Positions 12,001 to 24,540 of a stretch of 64,000 nucleotides of DNA are shown here, piece by piece. The notes under the pieces were generated by a model. It was not told the DNA's origin. It was given only the letters and a program-made list of their open reading frames with translations, and did no database searches. A program made the position numbers and the translations under genes. How positions within the stretch are numbered: the stretch's first letter is position 1; each line of letters opens with the position of its first letter. Source of the stretch: Paragordius varius. Taxonomy: Eukaryota > Animalia > Nematomorpha. Where the stretch lies: the NCBI GenBank assembly GCA_964247055.1, contig OZ176054.1, positions 5,766,001 through 5,830,000 of the forward strand. Direction: 5' to 3'.

Positions 12001-15000
12001 TCTAAAATTTTTAATAATTATATTTTATTTGCATCTATAAATCGATTTTTATGGGAATATAGATTATTTTTCATATTGGTTGGTATTTATAATTAATTAC
12101 ATACAAAACCGAAAAACATTGATTTTTACCTATCTTTATTATAGTATGTAAAAATATTTCAAGTCGTATAATTTACAATGCAAAACCTAAAAAACAAAAA
12201 ATTTTTTGGATAATACATAAATTTTGTTAAACTAAAATTTTTACCTGTATTTATTATAATGTCCAAAATATGTAGTAATTAATTACAATTAACAATGCAA
12301 AACCTAAAAAACAAAAAAAACTAAATTTTTATTAAATTTGTTAAAAACCGCAATTTTTACCTGTATTTATTATAATGTCCAAAATATGTAGTAATTAATT
12401 ACAATTAACAATGCAAAACCTAAAAAACAAAAAAACTAAATTTTTACTAAATTTGTTAAAAACCGCAATTTTTACCTGTACTTATAATAATGTCCAAAAT
12501 ATGTAGTAATTAATTACAATAACAATGCAAAACCTAAAATAACAAAAAACTAAATTTTTACTAAATTTATTAAAAACCGAAATTTTTACTTGTATTTATT
12601 AAAATGTCCAAAATATGTAGTAATTGATTACAATTAACAATGTTACATAAAAAAACAAAAAAAATTAAATTTGACTAAATTTACCGAATATTACGTGATT
12701 AAAATGTCTGAAATACTTAAAACTTCTTAATAATTAACAATGCAAAACATAAAAGACAAAAATCTACTTAAATTTTCACAAATATATATTTACTTGTGTT
12801 TTTAGTAATAACAACTATATAAAATTATAATACCAAGATTGATTAATACAGGTATTTAGCATGTTGAAAAATATTTATTATTAAATTTAGGAATAATTAA
12901 CATAAAATATCTTAAAATACGTATTTTACTATTTATTAATTTATCAAATATAAAAACCCACAAATTCCTCATCTAAATACGTGACAACATATTAAAAATG
13001 TTAACATAAATTGCTATAATATTCTAAAAATTTAACATTACAAAATATCCATTAAATTAAAGCCTATGTTAATTCTCACGTCAATCCTCTTTCATATGTG
13101 TTTTACAAAATAATTTCGTGGGTCAGTATTTTACGCATTGGATAAACCATTTATGTTATTCGACTGGCAATAAAATTACTGAACATACATTAAAATGCAT
13201 ACTGTATATCATGTATACTGATTTCCTTAATTCAGGGATATTCGAAGGTATGTGAATAGAGATGCGCTTGTTACCATATTGATGTAGATATGTAGTTAAA
13301 TTTGATTCTTTCATCCATTGTAGTATGCTCGAAAATGTATTGTCCGCTATTATTTCATTCAATAGTATGGTTAAATGGTCCTAAAAATATATAACACATT
13401 ATATGTAACTTGAATAGAATCAAAATTTTCCCTAAGCACATCAATATGGACCATGATGGTTTTAAATGTATTCCCAAATTTTAGAGGTCCAAATTTGGAT
13501 CGAATCAGATGAATGACAAACTTTATCAAATCATTCCAAACATTCATTTTAATATACGTCAAAAAAGAGGGGAAAATATATTGAATATGGTCTAAAAAGG
13601 TAGCGAAATTGGGGTTTGTTACATAGTTTAATAGATTAGTCGATATTTTTGATGCAAATATCTCCGTGATTAATGAACGAATTTCTCTAAAAAATTATAT
13701 TATACAAATAAAAACTTTTCGGCGGTTATTGAAGTTTCGGATAATTCTTTAAGCGTTTTCAATGAGGCATATTTTGCTTTTATAAATTCTATTTCAGTAA
13801 TTATATCTGTGGTGAAAAAACTTTCTTTAGAATCAAGATGTCTAGAACATTTATCATATATATCATAAATATTTTCAAATTTCTTATCTAATTTTGGCAT
13901 GTTTTCAATCGTTTTGAAAATATTTTCATATATAAAACTATCAGGATTATCGTCGGGTGCATTCAAATCTGTCATAAAAACGGTCCATTCATTTTTTAAG
14001 TTTTGTGAAAAGGTGTCCAAAAGATTCAAATAATTTATGGATTGATTTAATATGGCACTGTTTTTATCTATAGGTTCGATTGCCTTAGCATAATATTGGT
14101 ATTGTAAGCTTGTCCATTCCTTGATGATGGCTTCTTTTTCTTTGATTCGGTTATTAGACCATTTTTCATAGCTTTCGATTAGCTCAAATAAGCCTTCTAC
14201 TTCTGATTCAATCTTTTAAATTATTATATAAAATATCTTACATTGTTAAATTTGTATTTATCCTTGTCCATGGTATGTGTATGCTTTATATTCATAAACT
14301 CGGTCAAAACCCCAAACAGTCGATTAATTTCAAAATATATTCGCTTTTTCAAAACTTTCAATTGTTGCTTTTTAAGTTTTGCTATTTTCTTTTCGAGAAA
14401 AACTTTGGCACTAGAACAGGAAACAATAATTGAATCATCGATTTCAATTTTGGTTGGGATTTTATATAATTTTTCCATAGCAATATCCCAAACTTCAAAA
14501 TTGGCATTTTCAGTGTTGTTTTTGTTGTTTTGGCACATATTATCAATTTCCTTTAATAAAAAAATATAGAATATAATAAGTATATCTTTCTTAGAGCCCT
14601 TAAACTTAATTAGTTAAAAATTAAATAAAAATATTTAAATTAGCCATTTTCCTTATCAAAAGCTAAATTATGAGAGGTTAGTGCTGAAACATCCTTTAAC
14701 CCATTTCACAATCAAATTAACATGTCGTTATTTATTTGTTATTATAATTGGAAAATTTTAACACATATAAATTTTAAGACATTTGCCCGAAATTAAACAT
14801 TTAATATGTTTAATTTGTGAAATAAAAAAAGATATTTTTTGACTAAATCACGTCAAATTTGAAACCGGTAGAAAACTTTATTTATTTAATGGTTAAAATT
14901 TTAGAAAAAAATCGCTCCTCCCCAAATAAAGTATTTTTTGTTTGGAAGTATAGCTCTGGTAATGCAGTTTCCTAATTTAAAAAGTAACATTTGGGAATCA

Positions 15001-15047
15001 GAAGTGCCTTAATTTTTTTTAGAAAAATTTAACATTAGAAAATTGAG

Positions 15048-15086
<39 letters not shown>

Positions 15087-17327
15087 TTAGCTTAGACCGG
15101 TTACGAATACTTTAATACACGTGGCTGTGAATGCTTACAATAATAACTTGCCAAAATTATATAACATATGTTTATGTTATATAATAAATTTTTTTATTTG
15201 TATTAACAATTCTATAGGGTTAAATCGAAATACTTTGCCAATAAACTCAATCAATATCACCATATTATAGTTTTTAATATATTTAAATATAATTCATTTA
15301 CTTCAAAACTTTGAGATATATTGTTAACAGTCACAGATAATTTGTCCGTTAATGCTATAATTTGTTCTTTTATTGAATCATCCAGATTTTCTGATTTCAG
15401 TTCTAGATAATCCATATCCAATCCAAATTGATTCATGTTAATTGGTTCCGAAAGTTGAGCAAGTTTCAATAAACTTTTTTCGTTAACCAAATTAACATCG
15501 GGCTGACTAATTAATTGATTATGTTCGCTAAGGGATATATATGTATAATATATTAATATACTTATAAGATAATTCCATAACAAATGTAAATTTGTCAATA
15601 TCTGACGATTTTTTGTTTGTGGAATTTCGCGTGGTTTGAATAAAATCTGTTTTCATATCTTTCTTCCAACTTTCTATAACATTCTAAAATGAGAGCTCTC
15701 TATACCTCAGGGTAAGCCAAATTATTTGTGATGAAAGTAACTTTTTGTAGTAACATTTTGTTTATAACCTTAAGTGGTGTGAAAATAACATCGGTTGTAT
15801 CATTATTGTGCCGTATAAATGTGTGCATACTTTGTAATGCCAATAATTTTCCTTCAAATGAATTTAAGCTGGTCAATAAGTTATCTTGTCTAGTCAGTAT
15901 ATTATTAAATGCAATAGAGCCCTAAAATCAATTTATGATTGCAAATATACTGTTTCATTTAACAAACAGTTGAAATCATACTCCAAAAATATGAAAAAAA
16001 TTGAGTCTATTAAAGATTGGGTTTTGGCGTTAGTTCTCTTTATTATCTGTAAAATATTATTAGGAAACATATAAACTTGAAATATTTGTTTAAAGATAGG
16101 TAATATGTGCTGAAATTTTCCACTTTTCCAGTAAAAATCGGTAAAATCAAAATTTTGAATCAATTTGCTTAAATTTGGTGACAAATTTATTTCAATCGTG
16201 TCTGTGCTATATTCATTTTTGGTTAATTCATTAAACTTAAATACACTATGTAATAAAAATTATAGGAGTGTATACGTATCAGTGCTTGTAAAAAATTCAG
16301 ATAGTGCTTGATTTATTGTATCATACAATTTAAGTTTGTTCTCTTTCAATCTTTTTATATTTTGAACGGTGACGTTTTCTATTAGGTTAGTACCAATGTC
16401 ACAATAAATGCAATCGTTTAAAAAGTTTTTTAGCTTAAACAGTCTCGAATCTATTAAAACGAGATTGGTATAAAAGTCCGAATCGATCGATGTTATTATG
16501 CCGCCAAAATCAATCAAAATTTGTATGTAGCTGGCAATATTAACACCCATATTTTTCTGCAAGAAATTTAGGGATAAAAAGTGCGTAAATAAAGGGCTAA
16601 ACTTTCCAGAGTAAAGAATTTCATATTTGTTATCGACTATTATATCAGTTTCAATTTCGGTTTCGGTAACTTCCGCTAACGCAGATGTCATTTCAGTTAT
16701 AACATATTTTAAGTAAGGTTCAATATCCATAAAATATTTTTGAATACAATCATGCCATTCATTGTGCTTGGATGAAACAACTGAAAAGGCGTCAAAATTC
16801 TTAGGGTTAGTTAAATCTTCCATATTGGCTTTTAAACAATTCTTTGTTAATTGGTAAATTTTTTTCACGAAAACAATCTATTAATTTAAGATAGCTATAC
16901 TTCTTTGATCAAAATAGGGGCATAGTGAAGATCCGGATTAATGGTATAATTGTTTCGTAATTTGCGACTTTTCTGCTCCCATATTCTACATAGCCGACAA
17001 AATTTATCTCTATATTGCATTATTTCATTAGATTCTATCGGATCCCAAACATCGGGACGATGTATAATTTGTTGAAAATAATTTTGTAATTGATTATCTA
17101 ATTATATGGTTATATAATATATTATAAGTATTTGTCATTAAACCAATTATTTTATACCTACCTATTGTATTAAGAGAATCCGACAATTCTTCTTTGGGCA
17201 TACTTTCCAACCCGGCCATAATAAGATCGATGGTGTGAATTGTATTGCTATTATTAGTTTCTGGTTGTTGAAAAAAATCGCTAAAAATATTTTCTATCCA
17301 CTCAGTATTCGTTGGTTTTTCCAACAT
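1..17327 (-). CDS. DYNC2H1: Cytoplasmic dynein 2 heavy chain (IFT retrograde motor), multi-exon, highly divergent; 3' part (rest of AAA5, AAA6, C-terminus) lies outside the window
   Basis: Collinear dynein motifs on the minus strand: tail-like exons 17327-13219; linker (WMQLES, 8628-9035); AAA1 YGPAGTGKTEAIKELAKIFGRSIIIVNC (6389-6490), NFWCCFDEFNRL (5642-5878), ITMNP..YGDRINLP..HPD and YNWSLRT (4631-5617); AAA2 IGPNVMGKT, WHDGIL, SALDDNRSILLLSGE, PATVSR (4081-5030); stalk/MTBD LNEIKSLKNPPEVVRDIIEGIAKLLGVKDTSWINMRKF (1698-2063), which matches the dynein-2-type [29 protein letters not shown] rather than dynein-1 or axonemal chains. Exact exon boundaries and start codon not fully resolved. Confidence 0.88.
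6541..6881. mobile_element. MITE with terminal inverted repeat aaatataccatttacaattc and about 21-bp subterminal tandem repeats (aattcacccttgaacaattca), in a dynein intron
   Basis: Left end aaatataccatttacaattcaatttcaccc pairs with right end gagtgaatttgaactgtaaatggaatattt. A homologous copy is at 9311-9616. Confidence 0.75.
9311..9616. mobile_element. Second copy of the ATACCATTT-terminated MITE family, in the same dynein intron as the foldback element
   Basis: Starts tataccatatacaattcaaattcacccttgaacaatt and ends gggtggatttgaactataaattgtatat; internal sequence is similar to 6541-6881. Confidence 0.75.
9619..13204. mobile_element. Foldback-type element with very long inverted arms (9619-10977 vs 11610-13204), Tc1/mariner-like termini and TA target-site duplication
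   Basis: ta|cagtatgcattt at 9617 and aaatgcatactg|ta ending at 13206. The arms are reverse complements with scattered substitutions, and the right arm carries about two extra 115-117-bp repeat units. It lies in the dynein intron 13218..9036 (donor tca|gtatac, acceptor tgtag|attgaa, both phase 0). Confidence 0.8.
12130..12790. repeat. Tandem array of about 115-117-bp units inside the right foldback arm (shorter mirror array at about 10020-10470 in the left arm)
   Basis: Unit marker ttacctgtatttattataatgtccaaaatatgtagtaattaattacaattaacaatgcaaaacc recurs at about 12241, 12357, 12472 and 12586, with degenerate flanking copies. Confidence 0.9.
15048..15086. repeat. (TA)n microsatellite in a dynein intron
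   Basis: Direct reading; one interruption. Confidence 0.95.
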
Positions 17328-17512
17328 TAAACAGCCCCAATAAATATGAACACAATAAAAGCTTTAAATCAAAATACGCTTATGTTAAAAAAATAAAGAC
17401 ACACCTTATTAGACGATAAACGCATTGCAGGTAAAATCAATATATATAGACATGGTATTATAATCTAACGCTATACAACAAACTGAAATTACATATAGAT
17501 GTATGCGACGCA

Positions 17513-20500
17513 TTAAAAATAATCAATATTATTATTTATTATAGTATTTAAATTCAACATAAATGATTCCTGGCCAGACCCACAAACATCAATGGTAAAC
17601 GTATCCCTGTTTTTTTCTTGGGAAGTTTTGCTAAAACAAAAACTAGAAATATCAGGCGTGTATAAAGCATATATGAGCATTGGTTTGCACAGGTATTGTA
17701 TTGCATTTGTATCACATTTTAATTTCCACATAATGAATCGTTTATCAAGAGCCACTGTGGCAAACATAATGTCATTACATACAAATTCGTACGGAATTAT
17801 ATGGAGATCAGTAATGGTACCATAGTGAGCTGATTTTATCACATTTTGCTGCACATTATCCAACATGATATAAATGTTTCCGGATTCACCTCCAAGTATA
17901 GAAAGGAGACAATTTGAAACAATCATTTTACCATCCATTGCTGTAATTGGTTCGCTGACCAAAGCTTGAAACTTTTGATTTAATGTCAATGTTTCAGCGT
18001 TGATAGAGAATATGTTAAAAGTTCCTAAACTGTCTCCCGTATAAACGAATTTGGTGTTGATAGTTTGCAACGATGTAATCGATATGTTTTCGACTTTTGT
18101 CACATTAACTAACGTTATCACATTTGTATTTAAATAGGATTTCAGGGTGCAAATGTATCCATGGGAAGTACCAAGATATATATTGATTCCAACATTATCT
18201 AGATCAATTGTATAGCGGATTTTTGTAAAAGAGACATTTGACAACAACAAGGGATGAATGATTGTTTTTTCATTAATTATCTCGTGATAAATATAGTTAC
18301 GAGTATTTTTATCGAAATATATGTTAAATTGTGCAATGCGTGCTTTTTCACCACAGGTATATACCCTAAAAGAGATGTTGTCATTCGTGGTTGAAGACAG
18401 TGTATTGGGAATGATCAGTAAATCCTTGGAATCAAATTTAATACCATATAAAATGTGAATCGGCTCATTACTGTTTCTGGAATATAGATAGGGTTGACCA
18501 GATAAGGGTGTTATTATTAAGTATGGACAATTATCGGTTAATGATTGAATATTTATCAAGTGTTTAGATTTTATACCATTTTTTATGGTTTTAGGTATAG
18601 AGTTTAGTATATGTTTTTTAGCTAGTACTATACGATCTTTAACAACGTATGTTAGACAAAATATACCATCACTTTCATTGAATGTAGAATGCCATGGTCT
18701 GTGACAACCACCACAAGCAAATTGAAAGATAACCACATTATGGAATAAATCAAAAACTACAAAATTTTGTCCATTAAAACCAAGTAACAAACAACAATGT
18801 TGAGTCTTCTCTAACAAATTTGTTTCATTCATATTAATACTAGACATCCACACTCTTCCAATCGTTTCTATCAGCCCTGGGAAATTTTGCTTGTAACACA
18901 ATTCAAGAGTAATGGAATTGGTCAAAGATTCGTGATATGATTTAATATGAAACATACAAATATATCCATCCTTTCCAGTCGTAAATATAAAGGTTTCCTT
19001 GTGACGCAAAAAGGTGTGTATATAAGTTATACCTTGTAAATCATGAATTTTATAATGTGATTCAATATATGAGAGTTTGTTATATGCGCAATCCAATATC
19101 TCATACGCATGTAAGGCACCCCTTCGATCACCCAAAAGTAAACATTTTTTGCCTGCTAAAGATACCTCAGCAAAGGCCGTTATCCATAAATGATTGCATT
19201 TCCCATCTTCCTTCTTAATGTGCTGGCACATATTAGACGCAAAAGAATATTTATCATTTCCTACGTCTATGCGAACTATATCAAAAGTTCCGTTAAATCG
19301 TGAAATTAGGAGCGATGAATGATGAGATGATAACCAAAATATGTGCATTATTTTATTCATATTTTCTACAAAACTACCAACGATTTGTACTAATGATGTT
19401 AAATTATTTAATTGCAATCTATAAACTAATAATATCCCATTTACAAATCCTAATGATACAAGTATCTGTTCGGTATTTTCTTGAGCGGGGGGAGATAGAG
19501 CAAAAGCAGTACATTTTTCCAAATCGTAATCTTTTATAGGAATAAGGTTTAGAGCTTTTGTTTGGCATTCATATATAAAGAAATGGGATGTGGTTATACC
19601 GCATAGGAGGTCAGAACTAAAACATTGGAGGTTTTTAACTTTAAGCGGTAATGATATTGAACTGGATTTGGAGCTTATATCATGATTTAAATCCCATCGA
19701 TACAAAAATCCTGTCATTGTTCCAGTGAACAATTGTTGCGTTTCGCTATCCCATGCCGCTGAAGTAACTGCCGATTCATACGGTGTTACTAGGGTTCGAT
19801 CAATCTAAACAAAATTTCGCAATGAATGGTAAATGAAATAGAGTTTTAAACATTCATGACATTAATAAATGTTGGTGTAAATATATATATATATGTAATG
19901 GTAAAATAATAAACGCAAACGATATTCAAATCATTCATAATACATTTCAAATATAACAGATAATAGGATGGCAGAACAATATAATTATTTTGTTTAAAAA
20001 GTTGTAAATTATTGGGAGTTGTTCTTAAAAATGTCATTCTTGTTATTAAATAAATTGTTTTATATTAATATTATTGATTTAGCTAAATACCAAAGTTTAT
20101 GGAAAGTTTTATTTCAAGAAAACAAGTGTGACAAAATCATTCACCTAATCATCTCCTAAGTATGTTCTCAAAAAATTAAAATATCGTTTTACATCGAAAA
20201 TCGGAAGCCTCAGCCAGGGAAGGTATTATGAAAAAGCTATTGCAAAGAAAACAAAAGGCGTAGAAATTTTGGCTTTTTTAATTTTTAAGGACAGGTATTT
20301 GCATTAAATTGCAACACAGGGAATAAAAGGCACTGTTAAATAAAAATCTACATGAAAATTCCGGCTTTTCTCTACATCAAACAAAGATGTTTATGGTTTC
20401 AAAATAACGCTTAGCGAACATGATGATAATATTGTATTATCCCAACACAATCATACAATGGTGACAACTCTCAATAGTTTTCTTTTCAAAATTAACGGCC

Positions 20501-21539
20501 ATATTTTAGGAAAATGTATTATAAAGTGATAAATTGATTAAAAAACTTACAATGATCAAATATATTTTTGCGCGAAATAATTGTGAATTATATATAAACA
20601 TTTAAAGGCTAGCCCTTAATAAGCTTTATAAATAATAATAATAATTTTGGCATGAAAATGGCTTATTATTTCATAATATTTAAGTTAAATTTTAGTTTAA
20701 ATTTACTTAATGATTCGTATATTCCAACAATATTTTATTAAATGACCCGCGCTATAAACCCCAACAAGTCGATATCAATAATAAAACAAATTAAGAATAA
20801 AAATGAGAAAAATTACTTTGTTATCATTCCAAAAGTGAATTTTACCATCTTCACCCAAACTAATTAAATGAGAATCAGTTTTCAGGATTTTAAAAACTCT
20901 GCTCTCATGCCCATATAAATGATGAATAAAAATGAGGGGTTTCATCCAATCTTTTACGTACATAACTTTAATAGTCCGGTCTTCCGACGCAGTATATATG
21001 TAAGGATTGCAATATTGGATATCGAATATGGCTCCATTATGTACTCTAATCTTGCTTTGAACATTTGAGTCAAATATTTTAATTAATAAATCACCAAAAG
21101 AATTGCCACCAAGCGAAATGAGATTTTTTTTATCAAGGAAAATATGTCCACAAATTAATATATCGTTAGTATATTGATGTATTTTATTGCTATTAGAGTC
21201 ATATATCGTATCATTCTTTAGATAAAATAATTTTTGATCGATGACAACATCAAGAATATAATTGTTAGCTGTTATTTTGGATATAATATGGACATCGGTA
21301 TTGTTTCTATCAATTTTTATAGCGGCTAATGAACATCCAAATATAACGTATAAGATGTTACTTTGGTAGATTAATTTAGAAATATCTGTTTCAAACTCAG
21401 ATGTGCAAACTAAATTATTGTTTCGAAAAAATTCTAATAAATTACCGTTAGCTACAACCAAATAATCTTCATAAAAAAGAATATATTTTAAAATCCCATT
21501 TTTAAATATTTTGTCGCATGGTACACATGATTCTATCAT
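17513..21539 (-). CDS. WDR6: WD repeat protein 6 (Trm734 homologue, tRNA 2'-O-methylation cofactor); two exons 21539-20813 and 19807-17513
   Basis: WD repeats HNGAIFDIQY..TASEDRTIKV and GHESRVFKIL..LISLGEDGKIHFW; family-typical LLGDRRGALHAY and FQFACGGCHRPWH (human CGDRRGS and CGGGHRSW). Phase-0 splice aaa|gtaatt ... gtttag|att gat joins the two exons in frame. Confidence 0.88.
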
Positions 21540-22100
21540 TTAAATAAAATGCATATGCTTAGGAAAAATAATTCTTTCAGCAAAAATTTCTAAGAAATGT
21601 ATCATGATATGATTTGATATTTAACATATATACTGCATATAAAATATAGGTACGTTATTAACTGATGAATATTTAAATACATCAAAACAGTTAAAAATTA
21701 TTGAACAACATGCGACAACATATTTATAATTGGGACTGGGGGAGGGGGGTATAAAAACTGATAAAACATATATGTATTCATGGTACTTTTAGTTTTCGCC
21801 TATTACAAGTTATGTAATGAGAAAATTATTTAGACTTTTGTGGTAAGTGCTCCATATCAAAAATGACAAAGTTTGCGCACATTTTTTTATATAATTTTTT
21901 TGGTGGATAGAGGCTTCATCCCAAAAAATATGACTAAAATATAATATTAAATACAAATCAAACTAAAAATAATATTTTCAAAAGAATTTATTTTTAGATG
22001 TGGGTCCCAAAAGTCGTATTTTTGGCTCTTCTATGAGCCGGTCCTTGTTAATTAAACGCAAATATGCGTCGATTGCGTGATAAAAATTTTAAATATATGC

Positions 22101-22127
22101 TATATATATATATATATATATATATAT
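22101..22127. repeat. (TA)n microsatellite
   Basis: Direct reading. Confidence 0.95.
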
Positions 22128-22616
22128 CAACTAATAATCTTTTTAAATATATGAATATATTTTAAAAATTAATTTTTAGCGAAATTTGGTTAAAGCGTAT
22201 TTCATATTATTTTGTGTCATGGAAAAGGATAAAAACTTTTTAAAATATCAAAATCACTTTTTCTAGATAATTTAATTATGCTCAACATTTCATCACCTCA
22301 GAATTTTTAATATATTCATTCGTAAATTTATGTTAATTCACTATTATGTCTATAAAAATTTATTTAAATTAAAGTAAATAGCAAAACTTATAAATGATTT
22401 TTGAAAATAAATAGTTAATTTATTTAATAAATATCTAATTTTTCGGTTATATTAAAAAAATATATAAAATGGTGAAAATGATGTGTGGTAAAGGTATTTA
22501 TAACTAGTGAAAAAAACCAGTAAACTGACTGGAAAAAACTAGTTATAAAATACCTTTAATTAATGGATAGATGGATTTTACAATTGTTTTATTATAATTG
22601 AGATAAGTGTAGTTAA

Positions 22617-23179
22617 CACTTGGATACAACACATTCATTTAAGTCCTGCGTTTCAAATTGGGGTAGTATAGCCCAGGCGTGTTTAAAATTAAATTCTTTA
22701 AAAAATATGGAAGGAATCGAAGCCATGGCAAAATCTTGCACTTATATAACATTAATAAACCGACATATATAAATTATTCAAAAATACTTGATATTACTTA
22801 TTTTAAGCTAAAATCGAAAGGTAAAAATTTCGTCAACGTGACATGTGTGCAATATAAAATTAAAAAATAATACAATTTAAACCGCTTTTTCTGTTTCTAT
22901 CGATGTTATATGTGATTTAAAAAAATTAGCTTTAATTTTACTCTTAAAAATTAAATAAATAAGAAATTTTGCCAAAATTTTGGAAAATAAAAATGGCGTC
23001 GAAGAAGTTTGACATGGAACTTTTTTTCCAAAACAAAATTTTATTTAGATATTTTGACATAATATTTTATAAGTATGGAAGCATAAATTTAAATTGGGCC
23101 GTTTCTTTCAGTAGTTTTTTAAAATTTCTAATTCAAATTTAGTCTGAGGTATTTAGATACCCCAATTCGAATGGAAGTG
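22617..23179 (+). mobile_element. piggyBac-type non-autonomous element (MITE, about 560-590 bp family)
   Basis: TTAA|CACTTGGATAC ... GGAAGTG|TTAA (TTAA at 22613-22616 and 23180-23183). The subterminal motif tcaaattggggta..taccc is repeated at both ends. Confidence 0.85.
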
Positions 23180-23189
23180 TTAATTGTGT

Positions 23190-24540
23190 TAGGATTGCAT
23201 AAAATATTCTTTTTTGCAATTCGATATGTTCGGCAACACCATCCCGTCAACACGGTTAAGATTTGCATTTTGCTTTTTAATTTCGATAGTTTCACTTATA
23301 AATCGTTTTTAACGATCTTCAATGTTAACTAATACTTCTGTTTTTAGGTGACCTTGAGAACAAATTTTTCAGAAGTCCGGAATTAAATTAATTAGAGCGC
23401 ATGTATTGTGTATGTTCATTTAATCTTTGATCAATGGTGCGACCTGTTTCTCCCACATAAACACCATCACAGGAGCACATAACTTTAGAAACAACTGGTA
23501 TTTTTCACGGGGTATAGAGTCTATATATTTTATGTGATTGATAAGTTTAGACATTGTTTATTATTGTACGTGTGTTAAATCTGTTTAATAGGTGACATGT
23601 GGTTACATTTTAAAAAAGGGTAGAGAGGCTGTTGCAACGAATTGATCATATGATTGTTGTTTAGCTGTGGTTTGATTGTTGATTTTATTGAAATGCTGGA
23701 GGTGGTAGCGATTTTGTTGGAAGAATTGTCTAAGGTGATTGATTTCGGGTTGCAGTAAGCTGGATTTTCATATTTCTTGAGCTTGGTGGATTAGAGTTTT
23801 GATAATTGATCTTTTTTGACTAGGGTGATGATGGGTGTCAGCATTGAGGTAAAGGTTGGTGTATGCTGGCTTTCTGTATATTGTATGTCCGAGTTTTTCA
23901 TTTTTTGTTTTCATAACAAGGGTGTCTAATTATAAAAATGTTATAAAATTTCATGGTAAATTTTATATTACTAATCATATTTATAAAATTTAAAAAATCG
24001 CATGACCTATCTCCATGGGGCCAAATGGCAAACATATCATCGACATATCGTAAACAAAGACTCGGAACTAGGGAAGTGGAGTTAAAGATTGTTTTTTCAA
24101 AATTTTCCATATATAGATCGGCAAGGATTGGGGAAATACTTGATCCCATAGGTTTACCGTGGTTTTGGAGGTAAAATTGGTTGTTAAAAAGAAAAAAAGG
24201 TATTAAAAAGACACAGTTTAACTTAATTAGGAATATCAGGGTGTAAACCCTTGTTAAATAATTTAATAAGTTAATGACTTCGTGTTTAGGAATTCTAGTG
24301 AAGAGTAATTTACATCAAACGTTACAAGTAGATCTTTATTTTTGATGTTAGTTTTTGACATAAGATGTGGTTCTGTATGCAAATGGTTTTAGGTGCTGGA
24401 ACAGTTGTTTGGAAAGGAAATCTGTCGGCGAGTTGATATTAAATGGGACATAATGATATTCCATCTTTATGAACTTTAGGTAAACCGTAAATCCGCGGGG
24501 GGATAGTAAATTTAGGTGTGATTTAAATTTTTACACAAAC
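23190..24540 (-). mobile_element. Degenerate Penelope-like retroelement (RT plus GIY-YIG endonuclease)
   Basis: Frame-broken motifs PRIYGLPKVHKDG (about 24490), LLVTFDV, MGSSISPILADLYMENFE..LRYVDDMFAIWPHG..IKFTM (23898-24149), and GIY-YIG CSCDGVYVGETGRTIDQRLNEH (about 23400-23490). Confidence 0.88.

Noticed and set aside
12130-12790. CRISPR-like regular repeats
   Set aside because: Contiguous tandem units without unique spacers, in a eukaryotic intron with no cas genes.
14696-14896. TTAA|CCCATT...AATGG|TTAA, possible second piggyBac-type MITE
   Set aside because: The TIR is only 5-6 bp and no second copy is evident in the window.
20080-20530. Plus-strand open stretches inside the WDR6 intron (possible nested gene)
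   Set aside because: No start codon, no consistent splice path and no recognisable motif.
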